Positions 34,510 to 45,363 of a stretch of DNA of 62,105 nt are shown one piece after another (position 1 is the stretch's first letter; each line of letters starts with the position of its first letter). The notes beneath the pieces are model-generated. The model was not told the origin of the DNA. It saw only the letters and a list, made by a program, of their open reading frames with translations, and did not search any database. The DNA is from Thecamonas trahens ATCC 50062. Lineage: Eukaryota; Protista; Apusomonadida. The stretch lies in contig NW_013657608.1 of NCBI RefSeq assembly GCF_000142905.1, positions 20,337 to 82,441 on the forward strand, given 5' to 3'. Made by a program: the position numbers and the translations under genes.

Positions 34510-35297
34510 GTTCCGTCTCACAGTGCAAGTCAACTGTGTCACACGCCCGCTATCCCCGTCCCCGTCCCGTGGCCTGGCGAGGGGAGGGGAGGAGGGGGCG
34601 GCGGGTGGTCGCCGGCTGGTCGCTCACTCGGCTGCTCGCACGGCCACTGCCTGTCGCACTGGATGCTAATGATGGTGGGCATGGCGAGCTGTGATGGGCG
34701 GGATTGGTGGTTGGATGGGAGGGGAGGAAGGGGGGGGGGGGGGGGTGGAGGGGATCATTGAGGAGGGAGCGATGTGGAGGGCGGTGATGGGGGAAGGTGG
34801 TGGGGGACGAGGCAAAGAGGTGGATTCTGCAGATGCACAAAGTTGGGCCAGCTGGGTGATGGCGATGGCAGAAACGGAAGGGGAGGGGGGAAGGGGAGGA
34901 GCGGAGGGGGAGATCAAAGACGAATAGCTTTTCCGATGATGTGCCTGCTCATGACGGGCCTGCTCATGACGGGCTTGCCCATGACGGGCTCGAGGCTGTC
35001 CATCGGGCTGAGGCCAATGCAGGAGCAGCAACCACCACCGTCTGCCCAGACACACATCGGTCCCTCCTGCCCGCCAGTCCATGTGTCCAACTCTCGTCTC
35101 TGCCCATGTCTGTCCTGATCAGCCCCTGGAGGCTCCTGATGGCGGCATCGAGGCTGTGGGCCGGGCGGACGACGGCGTGGCTGTGGGGATCCCAGGCGAC
35201 GGACGAGGCGGTGGAGGGGAGGACGGGCGGGCGGAAGGTTAGGGCTCATCACACTTGTCGCAGACGAGGTTTAGGAAGAACAGCTTGTGGAGAGGTC

Positions 35298-35669
35298 ATG
35301 TCGCGGCTGGCACGGTCTGTAGTGAGCGAGGTCATGCGTGCCGTCCGGGCACAGGCCGGCGGCGAGCAGACGAGCGGCGGGCGCCTCATTCTGGGCTTCC
35401 TGGCCGCCAACAGCGGGAAGATGGAAGCCAATGCTGAGGCGTGGAACACGATGGGCGAGCGGTACGCCGCGCTGCTGCATGGTGTCCGTGAGCATCGGGA
35501 GCTTGTCAAGCGCCATGGCGCCTCCATCGACTCGTCGCGCGAGGAGGATCTCCGCAAGATTGCCCACCGCGTCGGCCTCGAGCTGCCCGAGGTCTACCAG
35601 GACGGCGACATGGACTCGGCCGCAGAGGCTGATGCCTCTGATGCTGCCGCATCGGACGGCTCCAAGTGA
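35298..35669 (+). CDS. FMC1: FMC1/C7orf55-like mitochondrial ATP synthase assembly factor
   Basis: Small protein with YAALL..VREHRELVKRH and C-terminal KIAHRVGLELP, typical of FMC1. Confidence 0.7.
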   Translation: MSRLARSVVSEVMRAVRAQAGGEQTSGGRLILGFLAANSGKMEANAEAWNTMGERYAALLHGVREHRELVKRHGASIDSSREEDLRKIAHRVGLELPEVYQDGDMDSAAEADASDAAASDGSK

Positions 35670-35705
35670 TCATCGCCCGACTTCCTCCGCCCGACTCCTC
35701 CGCCC

Positions 35706-35769
35706 GACTCGCCGCCATACTCGCCGCCAAACTCGCCGCCATACTCGCCGCCAAACTCGCCGCCAAACG
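35706..35769. repeat. 12-bp tandem repeat (ACTCGCCGCCAT/A), ~5 copies, just 3' of FMC1
   Basis: Directly visible in the sequence. Confidence 0.8.
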
Positions 35770-35928
35770 CCCCGCTGTCTCCACAGACGACCGGCGTCTC
35801 GAGTTGCAGTGATGCTAGGAGGCACGACGAAATGCCCTGCCCCCTTGCTTGCGCTGAGCAGCAGCAGTCTGTGTTGGCCCACCGTTACCTCTGCCGCCGC
35901 CGCCGCTCCCCTAGCAGCCGCCCTCGAG

Positions 35929-35997
35929 TCGCCATCGCCATCGCCATCGCCATCGCCATCACCATCGCCGTCGCAATCGCAATCGCCATCGCCATCG
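35929..35997. repeat. (TCGCCA)n hexamer microsatellite
   Basis: Directly visible, imperfect. Confidence 0.8.
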
Positions 35998-36185
35998 TCT
36001 CCACCTTGTCACAGCAATCCCTACATCATCAATACAGCCAACGCCGAACAGCAGGCCGGCAGCTCGACCAGTCATCTGTCCCCGATCTGCCGTCGGCTCA
36101 CCTTCCAACCACAGCGACGAGTCGGCGATGACTGCTGGCCGCACCCCCCCCACCCCTCTCTCCCTCTCCCTCTACCTCGTCAGCG

Positions 36186-37251
36186 ATGACCTCCCTGCGG
36201 CGAGGCGACCGGACGAAGCGTGCGCAGAAGCACCAGAACCGATACGCATGGCGGCACAACAAGAACTCGAAGATGACCAAGAAGATCCTCTCTGCGCCCA
36301 TTGTGGGCATGTGCTCCAGGTGCTACGAGATCATTGTGTGGCGCAAGAAGTACCGCAAGTACAAGCCGCTCTCACAGCCTGCAAAGTGGTATGTATTCTC
36401 CACAACACATGGCATGACATAGCCCTTGACCTCATCTACATTCTGCCCTTGTTTGTGACTCGCTAGCATGAGTATTGCTCGCTCTAGTGGTGATGGAAGC
36501 GCCGCCCCTTCCCCCTCGGCGGTGGCAGAGATGGATGGATGGCGGCTGTGGCCCGGCCCTGGCCGACGTTGTGCGGTGGTCGAGGCGGGCCACCATGGGC
36601 ATGGTGAGCCATGGCGAGTTTTGCAAACTACTCACAGTGGTACATGGGCGATGGATGATGGCTAGTGAGGAGTGCGGAAAGCGGACGGTGAAGCATGCTT
36701 ACCATCGGCTGTGCAAGGCGTGCAGCTGCAAGCGCAACTGCTGCGCCCGGTGCAAGTCGGACAAGGCCGAGATCGTGACCGAGGCCATGACTGAGGCCGA
36801 GATCAACGCACTCGAGCAGCGGGCGCAGGAGATCTTGAACACGCTTCCGGTCCGCAGGCGGAAGACCATCACCCGCCTCTTTGAGGCTGGCGAGATCACG
36901 CTCTCGGACATTGTTCAGGTCGCCGAGAAGAACACCGGCATCGACAGCGACAACTCCGGGGCTGACGACGAGAGCGACGATGGCAGCGACGACAGCGATA
37001 GCGCTGGCCCCGCCCGCAGCCTCACCGACACGCAGCTAGATCCCCTCGAGATGGAGAGCCGCCAGGCTGAAGCCATCATGCGGACTTTGCCACCGGCCAA
37101 GGCCAAGGCCGCCCGCAAGCTCTGGGAGCTGAAGCAGATCACGGTCTCGGAGCTCGCCAAGGTGGCCGAGAAGCACGCCGCCGAGGCTGCCGCCGCCAAG
37201 GCCGATGACAGCAACGGTACCACGCCGCCGCCGCCGTCATCATCGTCGTAG
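36186..37251 (+). CDS. C9orf85/DUF2039-like Cys-rich protein; exons 36186-36388 and 36666-37251
   Basis: AQKHQNRYAW.HNKNSK; CSRC.E.I.WRKKYRKYKPL.QPAK|C.ECGKRTVKHAYH.LC..C....CCARC; the GTATGT...CTAG phase-2 intron restores the Cys codon. Confidence 0.85.
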
Positions 37252-37308
37252 CCGCCGTGCTGCCGCCGAAACCTCCTCACCGGCCGCGCTCGTCATCACC
37301 CTGCATAT

Positions 37309-39915
37309 TTACTCGTGGGCCTCGCACTTGATAACGCCCGAGCCCAGGGTGCCGCGGCCAAGGAAGAGCGCTCCGCCGGCGGTGACGACGTGGACGACGA
37401 CCGGACGGCTGAGCACGTCGTGCAGCGCGCCGTCGACGTCGAGCGAGACATCGACGCCTGCTGCGCCCGGGCCGAGCTGTGCCACGACCGAGACCGTCAT
37501 GCCAGGCCCGTAGCCGTCGCCGGCATCGTCGTACCAGGTTCCGTGCGCAGCGCCGGCGACGTCGAGCGCCGCGGCAAACTCGACGCCGTCAACAGCCGGC
37601 TCGCGGAAGGCGGTCGACGCCATGACCGGGCCCAGCGGAACAATGAAGCCTGGACGAAGGTAGAGCTGCGGGAGATGGCCTGCGCCGCGGATCGGCGCTG
37701 CACCGTGAGCGAGCGGGCGCGGGCCGGCCTTGGGTAGCGTGGCCGCATCAACCTCGCGCGGGGTGCGCTCGGCAAGCAGCTTGAGCGACGGCCACGAGAC
37801 GCCGGCCGAGAACGAGCCATCGACGAGCTTGCACCGGAGCTCGTCCGGCGTGATCCGCGCCGCGGTCTCGGCCGAGAGCGCTGCGTCCGGATCGGCGGTC
37901 GCCGGTGGCGTCGTGTCGCAGAGCACAAGGACCGGGCCGACAAGATACGCGTCCTCGATGGTGCGGAGCTCGGGGGCGCCCGGATCGAGCGAGAAGATCG
38001 GCGTCATGACCCCGCGCCCGTGGCTCGCCGCCCCGTGGAAGAGCGTGTACAGGTGCGGAAGGAGGCGGTAGCGGAGTGCAAGCGCCAAACGCGCCGTCTC
38101 GGCCACAGCGTCGCCAAAGGCCCACGGCTCGTGCGGCGGCGTTTCGGTCATGGTGTGGCCGCGCGCAAAGGGAAAGAGCGCACAGATCGAGATCCACCGC
38201 GCAAAGAGCTCCGGGCTCGCCGTCCCAATGAACCCGCCGATGTCCGGCCCGCAGAACGCTTGCCCGGCGAGCGAGAGGTTGAGGCACATGGCGATGCACT
38301 CGTGGAGTCCGTCCCATGACGACACGTTGTCTCCGGTCCACGTCGCCGCGTACCGGTGGCCGCCGAGCATGTTAGCCCGTGTGAGGAGGAACGGCCGGAG
38401 GTCTGGGCGAGCGGCGGTGATGCCCTCGCGCGACGCCGCCACCATGGCAAGGCCGTACGCGTTGTGGTACTGGGCATGTGGGCCGGGTCCGCCGTAGGCG
38501 CCATCGGCGGCGTGCCACACCTCCTCGGGCAGCGTCTTGGAGGCGACGTCAAAGATGGCCGGCTCGTTCATGTCGTTCCACACGCCGTCGGCGCCGGCCA
38601 CAGTCTCGTTGAGGAACTTGTTGTAGAGGCCTGCCCACCATTGCCTCGCATCGGCCTTGAAAAAGTCCGGAAAGACGCAAGTGCCTGGCCAGACCCGTCC
38701 AGTCGCGAGCTCGTCGCTCTCCTTGCCGGCGCTGATAAAGGCGCCGGCGGCCTTGCCGCTCTCGTACACCTCGTAGCCGTCGATCTTGGCCACGCCTGGA
38801 TCGATCATCCACACGGAGCGGAAGCCGAGTGCATGGAGCTCGTCGTTGAGGCCAGCCGGCTCCGGGAACTTGTCGCCGTCGACAGTAAAGACCTTGAACG
38901 CGTCCATGTAGTCGATGTCGAGCCAGACGACGTCGCATGGGATATTCGTCGCCCGGAACTTGGCGGCAAGCTCCGAGACCGCGTCCTGTGGGTAGTACGA
39001 GTATCTGCACTGCTGGTAGCCGAGCGCCCACAGCGGTGGGAGCGGGATCCGCCCGGTGTATGCCGTCAGCGCCGAGAGAACCGTGTCGAGCGCCGGCGCT
39101 GCGGGCGTGCCGTCCACAAACGGAATGAGGAGGACTCGCGGCGGGCGGACCGAGGCCGGCGAGAAGACCGCAAAGCGGAGCGCGCCCTCGTTCGAGGCGT
39201 CGATCGAGACCCGGAATGTGGTGTCGAGGAAGACCGCGCCCATCGAGCCGTCGGCGAGGACAATGAGGACGTAGGGGAAGGTCTGGTACAGCGGCTGCTC
39301 CCTGTTGTGGCCAAAGTTGTCTGTCGGCCACGCCATGTTTGCCGTACCGGTCCGCAGCAGTGGGCCATGCGTCTCGCCCATGCCATAGACGGCGGCGCCG
39401 TCTGGAAGAGCCACATGCACGATCCGCCGGTCGTCCAGCACCGTCTCGCGGATCTGGAGCAGCTTGATGGCGGCCATCTCCTCCGGCACCAGCACCGAGC
39501 CGTCGACGCCGGCAGCCATCTCCGCACCTGGGCCATGCCCAGCCACCGGCGGGCAGGTGTAGACATCGTCGCCGTCGCGGAGGAGCGCAAGGACTCGCGC
39601 CGGGCCAAAGTAGCCACCGCGGCCACCGCGAGCCGATCGGGCGGCAACAGGCGAGGCAGCAAGGCCACCACGGGCAAGAGCAGTGACCGGCAGATCAGAC
39701 ACAGCCGCAGTCGCCTTGGCCCTATCCAGCGCGTGGCGGGTGACCACCGTGGCGTGCGAGTCCCACGCCTGCGGGACATGCCAGGCGCCCGGGCCGGCGC
39801 CACGGAAGCCATGGGTAAAGGCAGCAGCACGGAGACGGGCCGCACGGAGAGCATACCCGGCAGCTGCAAGAGCCAGGGGTGCAAGGAACGCTGCTGCGGA
39901 GCGGTGGGAGAGCAT
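37309..39915 (-). CDS. Glycoside hydrolase family 31 alpha-glucosidase (HGL1/bacterial-like subfamily)
   Basis: PLWALGYQQCRYSY, WLDIDYMD, GVWNDMNEP (nucleophile), WTGDN (acid/base), GPDIGGF, PFARGH; the start is adjacent to a gap. Confidence 0.93.
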   Translation of the reverse strand: MLSHRSAAAFLAPLALAAAGYALRAARLRAAAFTHGFRGAGPGAWHVPQAWDSHATVVTRHALDRAKATAAVSDLPVTALARGGLAASPVAARSARGGRGGYFGPARVLALLRDGDDVYTCPPVAGHGPGAEMAAGVDGSVLVPEEMAAIKLLQIRETVLDDRRIVHVALPDGAAVYGMGETHGPLLRTGTANMAWPTDNFGHNREQPLYQTFPYVLIVLADGSMGAVFLDTTFRVSIDASNEGALRFAVFSPASVRPPRVLLIPFVDGTPAAPALDTVLSALTAYTGRIPLPPLWALGYQQCRYSYYPQDAVSELAAKFRATNIPCDVVWLDIDYMDAFKVFTVDGDKFPEPAGLNDELHALGFRSVWMIDPGVAKIDGYEVYESGKAAGAFISAGKESDELATGRVWPGTCVFPDFFKADARQWWAGLYNKFLNETVAGADGVWNDMNEPAIFDVASKTLPEEVWHAADGAYGGPGPHAQYHNAYGLAMVAASREGITAARPDLRPFLLTRANMLGGHRYAATWTGDNVSSWDGLHECIAMCLNLSLAGQAFCGPDIGGFIGTASPELFARWISICALFPFARGHTMTETPPHEPWAFGDAVAETARLALALRYRLLPHLYTLFHGAASHGRGVMTPIFSLDPGAPELRTIEDAYLVGPVLVLCDTTPPATADPDAALSAETAARITPDELRCKLVDGSFSAGVSWPSLKLLAERTPREVDAATLPKAGPRPLAHGAAPIRGAGHLPQLYLRPGFIVPLGPVMASTAFREPAVDGVEFAAALDVAGAAHGTWYDDAGDGYGPGMTVSVVAQLGPGAAGVDVSLDVDGALHDVLSRPVVVHVVTAGGALFLGRGTLGSGVIKCEAHE

Positions 39916-40320
39916 GGCAGAGAGAGAAGCGTGGNNNNNNNNNNNNNNNNNNNNNNNNNNNNNNNNNNNNNNNNNNNNNNNNNNNNNNNNNNNNNNNNNN
40001 NNNNNNNNNNNNNNNNNNNNNNNNNNNNNNNNNNNNNNNNNNNNNNNNNNNNNNNNNNNNNNNNNNNNNNNNNNNNNNNNNNNNNNNNNNNNNNNNNNNN
40101 NNNNNNNNNNNNNNNNNNNNNNNNNNNNNNNNNNNNNNNNNNNNNNNNNNNNNNNNNNNNNNNNNNNNNNNNNNNNNNNNNNNNNNNNNNNNNNNNNNNN
40201 NNNNNNNNNNNNNNNNNNNNNNNNNNNNNNNNNNNNNNNNNNNNNNNNNNNNNNNNNNNNNNNNNNNNNNNNNNNNNNNNNNNNAAACCCCCCCCCACCT
40301 ACCCCTCCCTCTGCCCGCAC

Positions 40321-43300
40321 ATGCAGGCCAGCGGCCAGACGGCCGACCTCTCTGCCTCACCTGTCTCTCCCGAGTCACCCGCCTCGTCCAAGCCACCCGC
40401 CTCGTCCAAGCCACTCGCCTCGCCTGCCTCTCCCCAGCCGCTGCTGGTGCTACCTGGTGACTCGGCCATGGGCATCGAGACGGACGCTGGAGTCGAAGCC
40501 GAGATTAGAATCGATGGAGAAGGTGGAGGTCTCACTCGCCCGCACTCGCGGTCGATGGCAACTATGGCTGATGGAGAGCAGACGGCGGTGACTCAGGGGA
40601 CTACCGATCATGAGCATTCGTTGCCGCCGGGGCAGTTGGTGGCGTCAGAGGCAGATCTACGCGCCGCTGAAGAGGCTGGCGATCTGGCGGGCACGCTTGC
40701 GGCTCTGGCCGGAATGGCATCACAGGCTGCGCATGCCGGTGCTCCCCGAGACGCTGTTGCCTACCTGGCGGCGGGCGCGTGCCTGGCCGAGGACGTCCTG
40801 CTTGAAGCCGCTGTCATCGAGAAGAGTGCAGAGACGGAAGACGCCCGCGCGACAGCGGCAGCAGTCATGACGACGCTCCGCTCCGAGCTGCGGAGCTTCC
40901 AGGCCGCCATCGGAGTGGTCATGGGCGACGCTGCTGGTGGTTTCACCCCTGCCCGCCCGCCTACGGCGCTGCCGGAGGAGACAGTGGTGCGGTGGCGGCA
41001 GCGGCACGCGGCGCTCAAGGCTGAGCTTGTCTCGGGCCTTGCTGCCGTTCTCGAAACGCCGCCGGATGGCCCATCACCGTCGGCCTCGCCCATGCCTGAT
41101 GAGCCGCTGCCGCTTCCTCCGGCACTCGGCCTTGCGAGCCCACCGCTGCCGCCGGCTGCGGCCTCGCTCGGCATCCTGCTTCACGCCGCATCGGCCGGCG
41201 TCGAGGCGCTTCTCGCCGACATTGCGGCTGCCTGCGGCGAAGCACTCGGTGTGCACTCGGTGGTCGGCAGTGCGGCGTATGCTGTTGTAGCCCTCTCGCC
41301 TATCGCCACGGCCGAGGCACACGTGCTCTCGCCGGTGGCCGTCGCCATCCTGTACGGACCGGGCGGGAGCCAGCACGCCGACTGTCTCGCCCGGCTGGGC
41401 GAGCTTGTCGCCATGGGCGTGGTGGCACTCGGAGGCACGCCAGCGTTTGTCCTCCGCGAGTCGACGCACTCGCCCGTCACGCCCGGTCTCCGCCTCGCCT
41501 CGGGCCCGTCCGTCTTTGTCGGCACGCCGCTGCAATTCGCGCAGTGGGCCGTCCACCACCGCGTCGTCCGTCCGCTCTCGCTACTTGGCCCGGCGACCGC
41601 CGACGCGCGCGCGCTCCTCGACTCGGCGGTTGAGTTGCAGAGCGCTGCGGTCGACGCCGCCGTCGAGGTCGGCACCTCCCCGCCGCGAGCGTGGGTTCCA
41701 GACGCGGCGCGCTCTGCCTGCGCGCTCTGTGTCGCCAGCTTTGGCTTTCTTCGCCGTCGCCATCACTGCCGCCAGTGCGGCGAGGTGGTGTGCGCTAGCT
41801 GCTCACCACAACGCAAGCCACTTCCCAAACTCGGGCTCGACAAGGCGGTCCGGGTCTGCCGCGAGTGCGCGCCGCACCCGCTGCCGATGCGGCGCGAGCG
41901 CCACGACCGTGCGCTAGCCGCTCTCTCGGTCGCAGTTGTCCAGTTTGCGCCAAGCGTTTGGCACGTCGCCGCCATCGACGGTGAGACCGTCTGCGGTGGG
42001 CCTGGTCGGCTTGGCACGCGGGTCTTTGACGCCCATACAGGCGCCTGGGACTTTGTCCACACCGTTCTTGATGGTCTTGCGCTGTACGCAGGCCTCGCAG
42101 GCACTTGGACAAGCACCAGTGGCCTTGTCGAGGCGCTTGTCGAGGACCAGCTGGTGAGCCCTCCGTGGGCGCTGCGGGTCTCGCAGCTTGTTGCTGCCCT
42201 CGCTGCGCTCCGGGTCGAGGCGCAGGTCTTCCACGGCACGTCGTCGGCCGAGATGACGGTGCGCGGCGCTGAGGCCAGTGGCGTCTTTTCCATGGGCCGC
42301 GGCCTCCGCGCCGCGCTCGTCCACGCCTGGCGGGTCCTTCTCCCACTCCGCGAGTGGGTCGAGGCTTTTGTGCTCTCGGCCGAGGCCGCTGCGGGCGGCA
42401 GTCCGCAGCTGGACGACAAGGCACTGTATGACGAGAGCCCGCGCCCAGTCGGCGCGGTCGCGCTTCTGCTCGGCGAGTATGCTGACGCACAGGAGATGCT
42501 GGCACCACTGGTCGAGCTCAACCCGCACGTGGTCTTTGATCTGGGCATGCTTGTGGCCGCGCTGCGGTGGTCCGGCGCCCACGACGATGCGAGCGCCCGG
42601 GTCGCGGCTGCCTCTGTTGCGCTCTCGGCGCAGTACAAAAAGTCCGCCTCGCGCATGCACCCGACAGAACTGCGGCTCCTTGCCGAGCGCCTGGCGCAGG
42701 TCCACGAGCTGGAAGCTGTGCTCGCCCTCAGCATTGCCGACGGTCGCGCCGCGGTGGAGGCTGCAGCCGCGGCCTACGCGCTGCGGACCAAGCATCTCGG
42801 GCCTGAATCTGCACTCACTGTCCTCTCGGGCTTGTGGGGCGGAGTCATAGAGGCCCGCTGGCGCGGCATGGACATTGAGCCCAACGAGGCCATGGTCGCC
42901 GAGCTTGTGGCGGGCGTCGAGTTTCTGCTGCAGACAGGGGCGCCTGGCGCGGCGCTTGCGGCCCGAGTCGCAATCTGCGCCGCGCGGGCACTGGTGGCGT
43001 GCGGCAGCCCTAGCCCGGCAGTCGACGTCCTCGCGCGGGTCCTTGAGTCAGTTGCGGGTACGCTTCCGCGGCTGGGCGTCCAGATTGCGCCGCATGTCCG
43101 CGTGGCTGTTCTCGAGGCATACGCCCGATACGGTGGTGCCTCACCCGAAGGCGCCATCCGCGCCGCCGAGCAAGTTCTTGCAGAGCAGCTCTCGCCCGAG
43201 CTGGCGGTCGATGACGCGATCGGTGCCATGCGCTGGGCGCGCCCGGTCCTTGCCCGCGGCGCCATTGGTGCAGCCTGCCATGCCCATGCGGTCTACTACT

Positions 43301-45048
43301 CGGTTGTAGTCGATCTCCGGCGATGCGCGCGTGCGCTGCGTATTGCGCTCGCCACGCGAACCCTCCAGCCACAGGTGGTTGTGGCCCCGAGTCGCGCGAG
43401 CTCAGTCAGCTCGTCGTTTGAGCTGGAGTCGATGGTCCGGCTCCCGGCCGCCGAGTCTTCCGGCTCGCTCGCACCCGAGCCGTTGCCGGCTGCGCCGGGG
43501 ACCCCGTCGAGTCTCTCGGGCATGCTGGCAGCGGTCGATGGCAGCGGCGCTGCGCAGCAGCGATGCATCGTCGAGCTGGAGCGGCGGTTAGGCCTTGTCT
43601 CGCTGCAGATGGGCCTCAACGACGACGCGATGGACTTGCTGGAGAACAACGTCGACGACCTCGAGTACCTGGGGGCGAGTGCAGCTGAGCTTGCCGAGGC
43701 GCGGGCGTATCTGGGGCGGGCGGCGCTCGATCGAGGTGAGGCCGCAACGGCGCTGGCGCTGGCACGGGGGGCGGTCGACGCGGCGCTCCAAGCGTACGGC
43801 GCACACGGCTCGCTCTGCATGTGGGCCGGAGCGCTCGAGTGCGAGGCGCTGGCAGTGGTTGGTGAGGACGCAGAACTCGGGGCGCGGCGTGGGGCGCTGC
43901 TAACAGCAGTCCGCGAGATCGGGGTCGACGTCGGCGACGAGGGTGCCCAGCTGGCGTGGAAGCCGTTTGCGCTGCCAGGCCTTGGCCTCGCTGTCGCGCC
44001 CAAAATCCTAGCGGCGCGGATTGGGACCGAAGGCCGGGCGTACATGCGGCTGGCGACGACAGCGGCGTCGGCTAGCGAAGCCATCCGGTTTGTCAAGCTC
44101 GCGCTGCCGCTGCTCCGCGTCGGGCTCGGCGTGGATGACGTGTGTGTCGCCGAGGCCCACGAGCTACTCGGGTGCTGGCTGCGGGCGTCGGGCCTGGTCG
44201 CCGAGGCGTACGCGCACTTTGAGGCTGCGTACGCGGTGTACATCGGGCTCTGGCTCAAGCGCGGGACCGAGAAGTTGACACTCGGCACACTTGTAGCCGC
44301 CCACGAACATGTCGCTTGTGCGCTGCTCGATCTCGACAAGCCCGAGGCCGCGCTCGCGGTCTTCACCATGGCGCTCGGCTACGTCGAGGTCGGGACCGTG
44401 GCTTTCGGGAGCGCCGGCGACAACGGCAGTGAGCGGGTGCTCGAAACCGATGCCGAGTCGGACGAGACAGAGGATGGGACGCGCGCGCCGGGTGCCGGCT
44501 TGGACATGCCGCCGAGAAGGGGCGTAGGCGAGGTCGATGTCGACGGCGCGGTGGCATCATCGTTTGTCTCGGCGTCTTTTGGACTCGGCGTCGCGGCGCC
44601 GAGCCCGCTCCTCCCACCGAGTGGGACTACAACAACTTGGTGGCACTCGTCCGGAGCGCGCGGCCGCAACGCAGTCGCGCTCTCGCCGTCGCAGCTTGTC
44701 GGCGAGCTCATCGCAGAGTTCCGGGTCCACGGCGAGGAGCGCGACGCGCGGTGCGGGGCTGAGCGCTTCCACTCGCGCGCCATGTGTCTCGCCGTCCTCC
44801 GCATGCACATGGCGAGGGTGTATGCGCAGCTCGGCGAGGTCGAACTCACCATTGCCGCCGCAGAGTCTGCGCTCTCCGCCGAGATGGCGGTCGAGATCTC
44901 GCTCCGGATGGATGGCACCTTCTACACCACCCTTGCCGCCGCAGTCGAGTCGGTCACCGGCAAGTGCACCTTTGCCGCCCGCCTCCGCAACGCCGAGGAG
45001 CAGACCGAGGTGCGGCGTCGAGTCGCCGCCTCGCTCCAGAGCATGTGA
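40321..45048 (+). CDS. Large FYVE-domain/TPR-like protein with a degenerate DUF294/GlnD-type nucleotidyltransferase-like region
   Basis: FYVE WVPD..CALC..FGFLRRRHHCRQCGEVVCASCS..RVCREC (~41690-41870); KLC-type TPR-like segments (AYALRTKHLGPE; VAEAHELLGCWL...AYAHFEAAYAVY); ATG 40321 follows a C-rich leader. Confidence 0.8.
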   Translation: MQASGQTADLSASPVSPESPASSKPPASSKPLASPASPQPLLVLPGDSAMGIETDAGVEAEIRIDGEGGGLTRPHSRSMATMADGEQTAVTQGTTDHEHSLPPGQLVASEADLRAAEEAGDLAGTLAALAGMASQAAHAGAPRDAVAYLAAGACLAEDVLLEAAVIEKSAETEDARATAAAVMTTLRSELRSFQAAIGVVMGDAAGGFTPARPPTALPEETVVRWRQRHAALKAELVSGLAAVLETPPDGPSPSASPMPDEPLPLPPALGLASPPLPPAAASLGILLHAASAGVEALLADIAAACGEALGVHSVVGSAAYAVVALSPIATAEAHVLSPVAVAILYGPGGSQHADCLARLGELVAMGVVALGGTPAFVLRESTHSPVTPGLRLASGPSVFVGTPLQFAQWAVHHRVVRPLSLLGPATADARALLDSAVELQSAAVDAAVEVGTSPPRAWVPDAARSACALCVASFGFLRRRHHCRQCGEVVCASCSPQRKPLPKLGLDKAVRVCRECAPHPLPMRRERHDRALAALSVAVVQFAPSVWHVAAIDGETVCGGPGRLGTRVFDAHTGAWDFVHTVLDGLALYAGLAGTWTSTSGLVEALVEDQLVSPPWALRVSQLVAALAALRVEAQVFHGTSSAEMTVRGAEASGVFSMGRGLRAALVHAWRVLLPLREWVEAFVLSAEAAAGGSPQLDDKALYDESPRPVGAVALLLGEYADAQEMLAPLVELNPHVVFDLGMLVAALRWSGAHDDASARVAAASVALSAQYKKSASRMHPTELRLLAERLAQVHELEAVLALSIADGRAAVEAAAAAYALRTKHLGPESALTVLSGLWGGVIEARWRGMDIEPNEAMVAELVAGVEFLLQTGAPGAALAARVAICAARALVACGSPSPAVDVLARVLESVAGTLPRLGVQIAPHVRVAVLEAYARYGGASPEGAIRAAEQVLAEQLSPELAVDDAIGAMRWARPVLARGAIGAACHAHAVYYSVVVDLRRCARALRIALATRTLQPQVVVAPSRASSVSSSFELESMVRLPAAESSGSLAPEPLPAAPGTPSSLSGMLAAVDGSGAAQQRCIVELERRLGLVSLQMGLNDDAMDLLENNVDDLEYLGASAAELAEARAYLGRAALDRGEAATALALARGAVDAALQAYGAHGSLCMWAGALECEALAVVGEDAELGARRGALLTAVREIGVDVGDEGAQLAWKPFALPGLGLAVAPKILAARIGTEGRAYMRLATTAASASEAIRFVKLALPLLRVGLGVDDVCVAEAHELLGCWLRASGLVAEAYAHFEAAYAVYIGLWLKRGTEKLTLGTLVAAHEHVACALLDLDKPEAALAVFTMALGYVEVGTVAFGSAGDNGSERVLETDAESDETEDGTRAPGAGLDMPPRRGVGEVDVDGAVASSFVSASFGLGVAAPSPLLPPSGTTTTWWHSSGARGRNAVALSPSQLVGELIAEFRVHGEERDARCGAERFHSRAMCLAVLRMHMARVYAQLGEVELTIAAAESALSAEMAVEISLRMDGTFYTTLAAAVESVTGKCTFAARLRNAEEQTEVRRRVAASLQSM

Positions 45049-45138
45049 CGGCTCGGCTGCTAACAGTTGACTGGCGTTGATAAACGATGTGATGTCCATA
45101 GACTCGATGGGCTCCATGTCGTTCGAGTCTGTCGGTCC

Positions 45139-45212
45139 AGCCGCCAGCCGCCAGCCGCCAGCCGCCAGCCGCCAGCCGCCAGCCGCCAGCCGCCAGCCGC
45201 CAGCCGCCAGCC
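45139..45212. repeat. (AGCCGCC)n heptamer tandem repeat, ~10 copies
   Basis: Directly visible between the FYVE-TPR gene stop and the SF3B2 start. Confidence 0.92.
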
Positions 45213-45363
45213 AATGGACGACTTGCCCGCACCCACCACCACCAACACCTCACCCACCACCACCACCACCACACCCACACCCACACCCACAACCACAACC
45301 ACAACCACACCCACACCCACACCAACACCAACACCCACACACACACCCACACCCTCAGCCGCT

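Noticed and set aside
34943-34990. 3x 15-bp repeat (GCCTGCTCATGACGG) as a regulatory array or small gene
   Set aside because: Too short and unsupported; the surrounding ORFs lack coding signal.
38356-40320. N-terminal part of the 2230-aa ORF as one giant gene
   Set aside because: It is the antisense shadow of GH31 joined through an N gap; the real gene probably starts near 40321.
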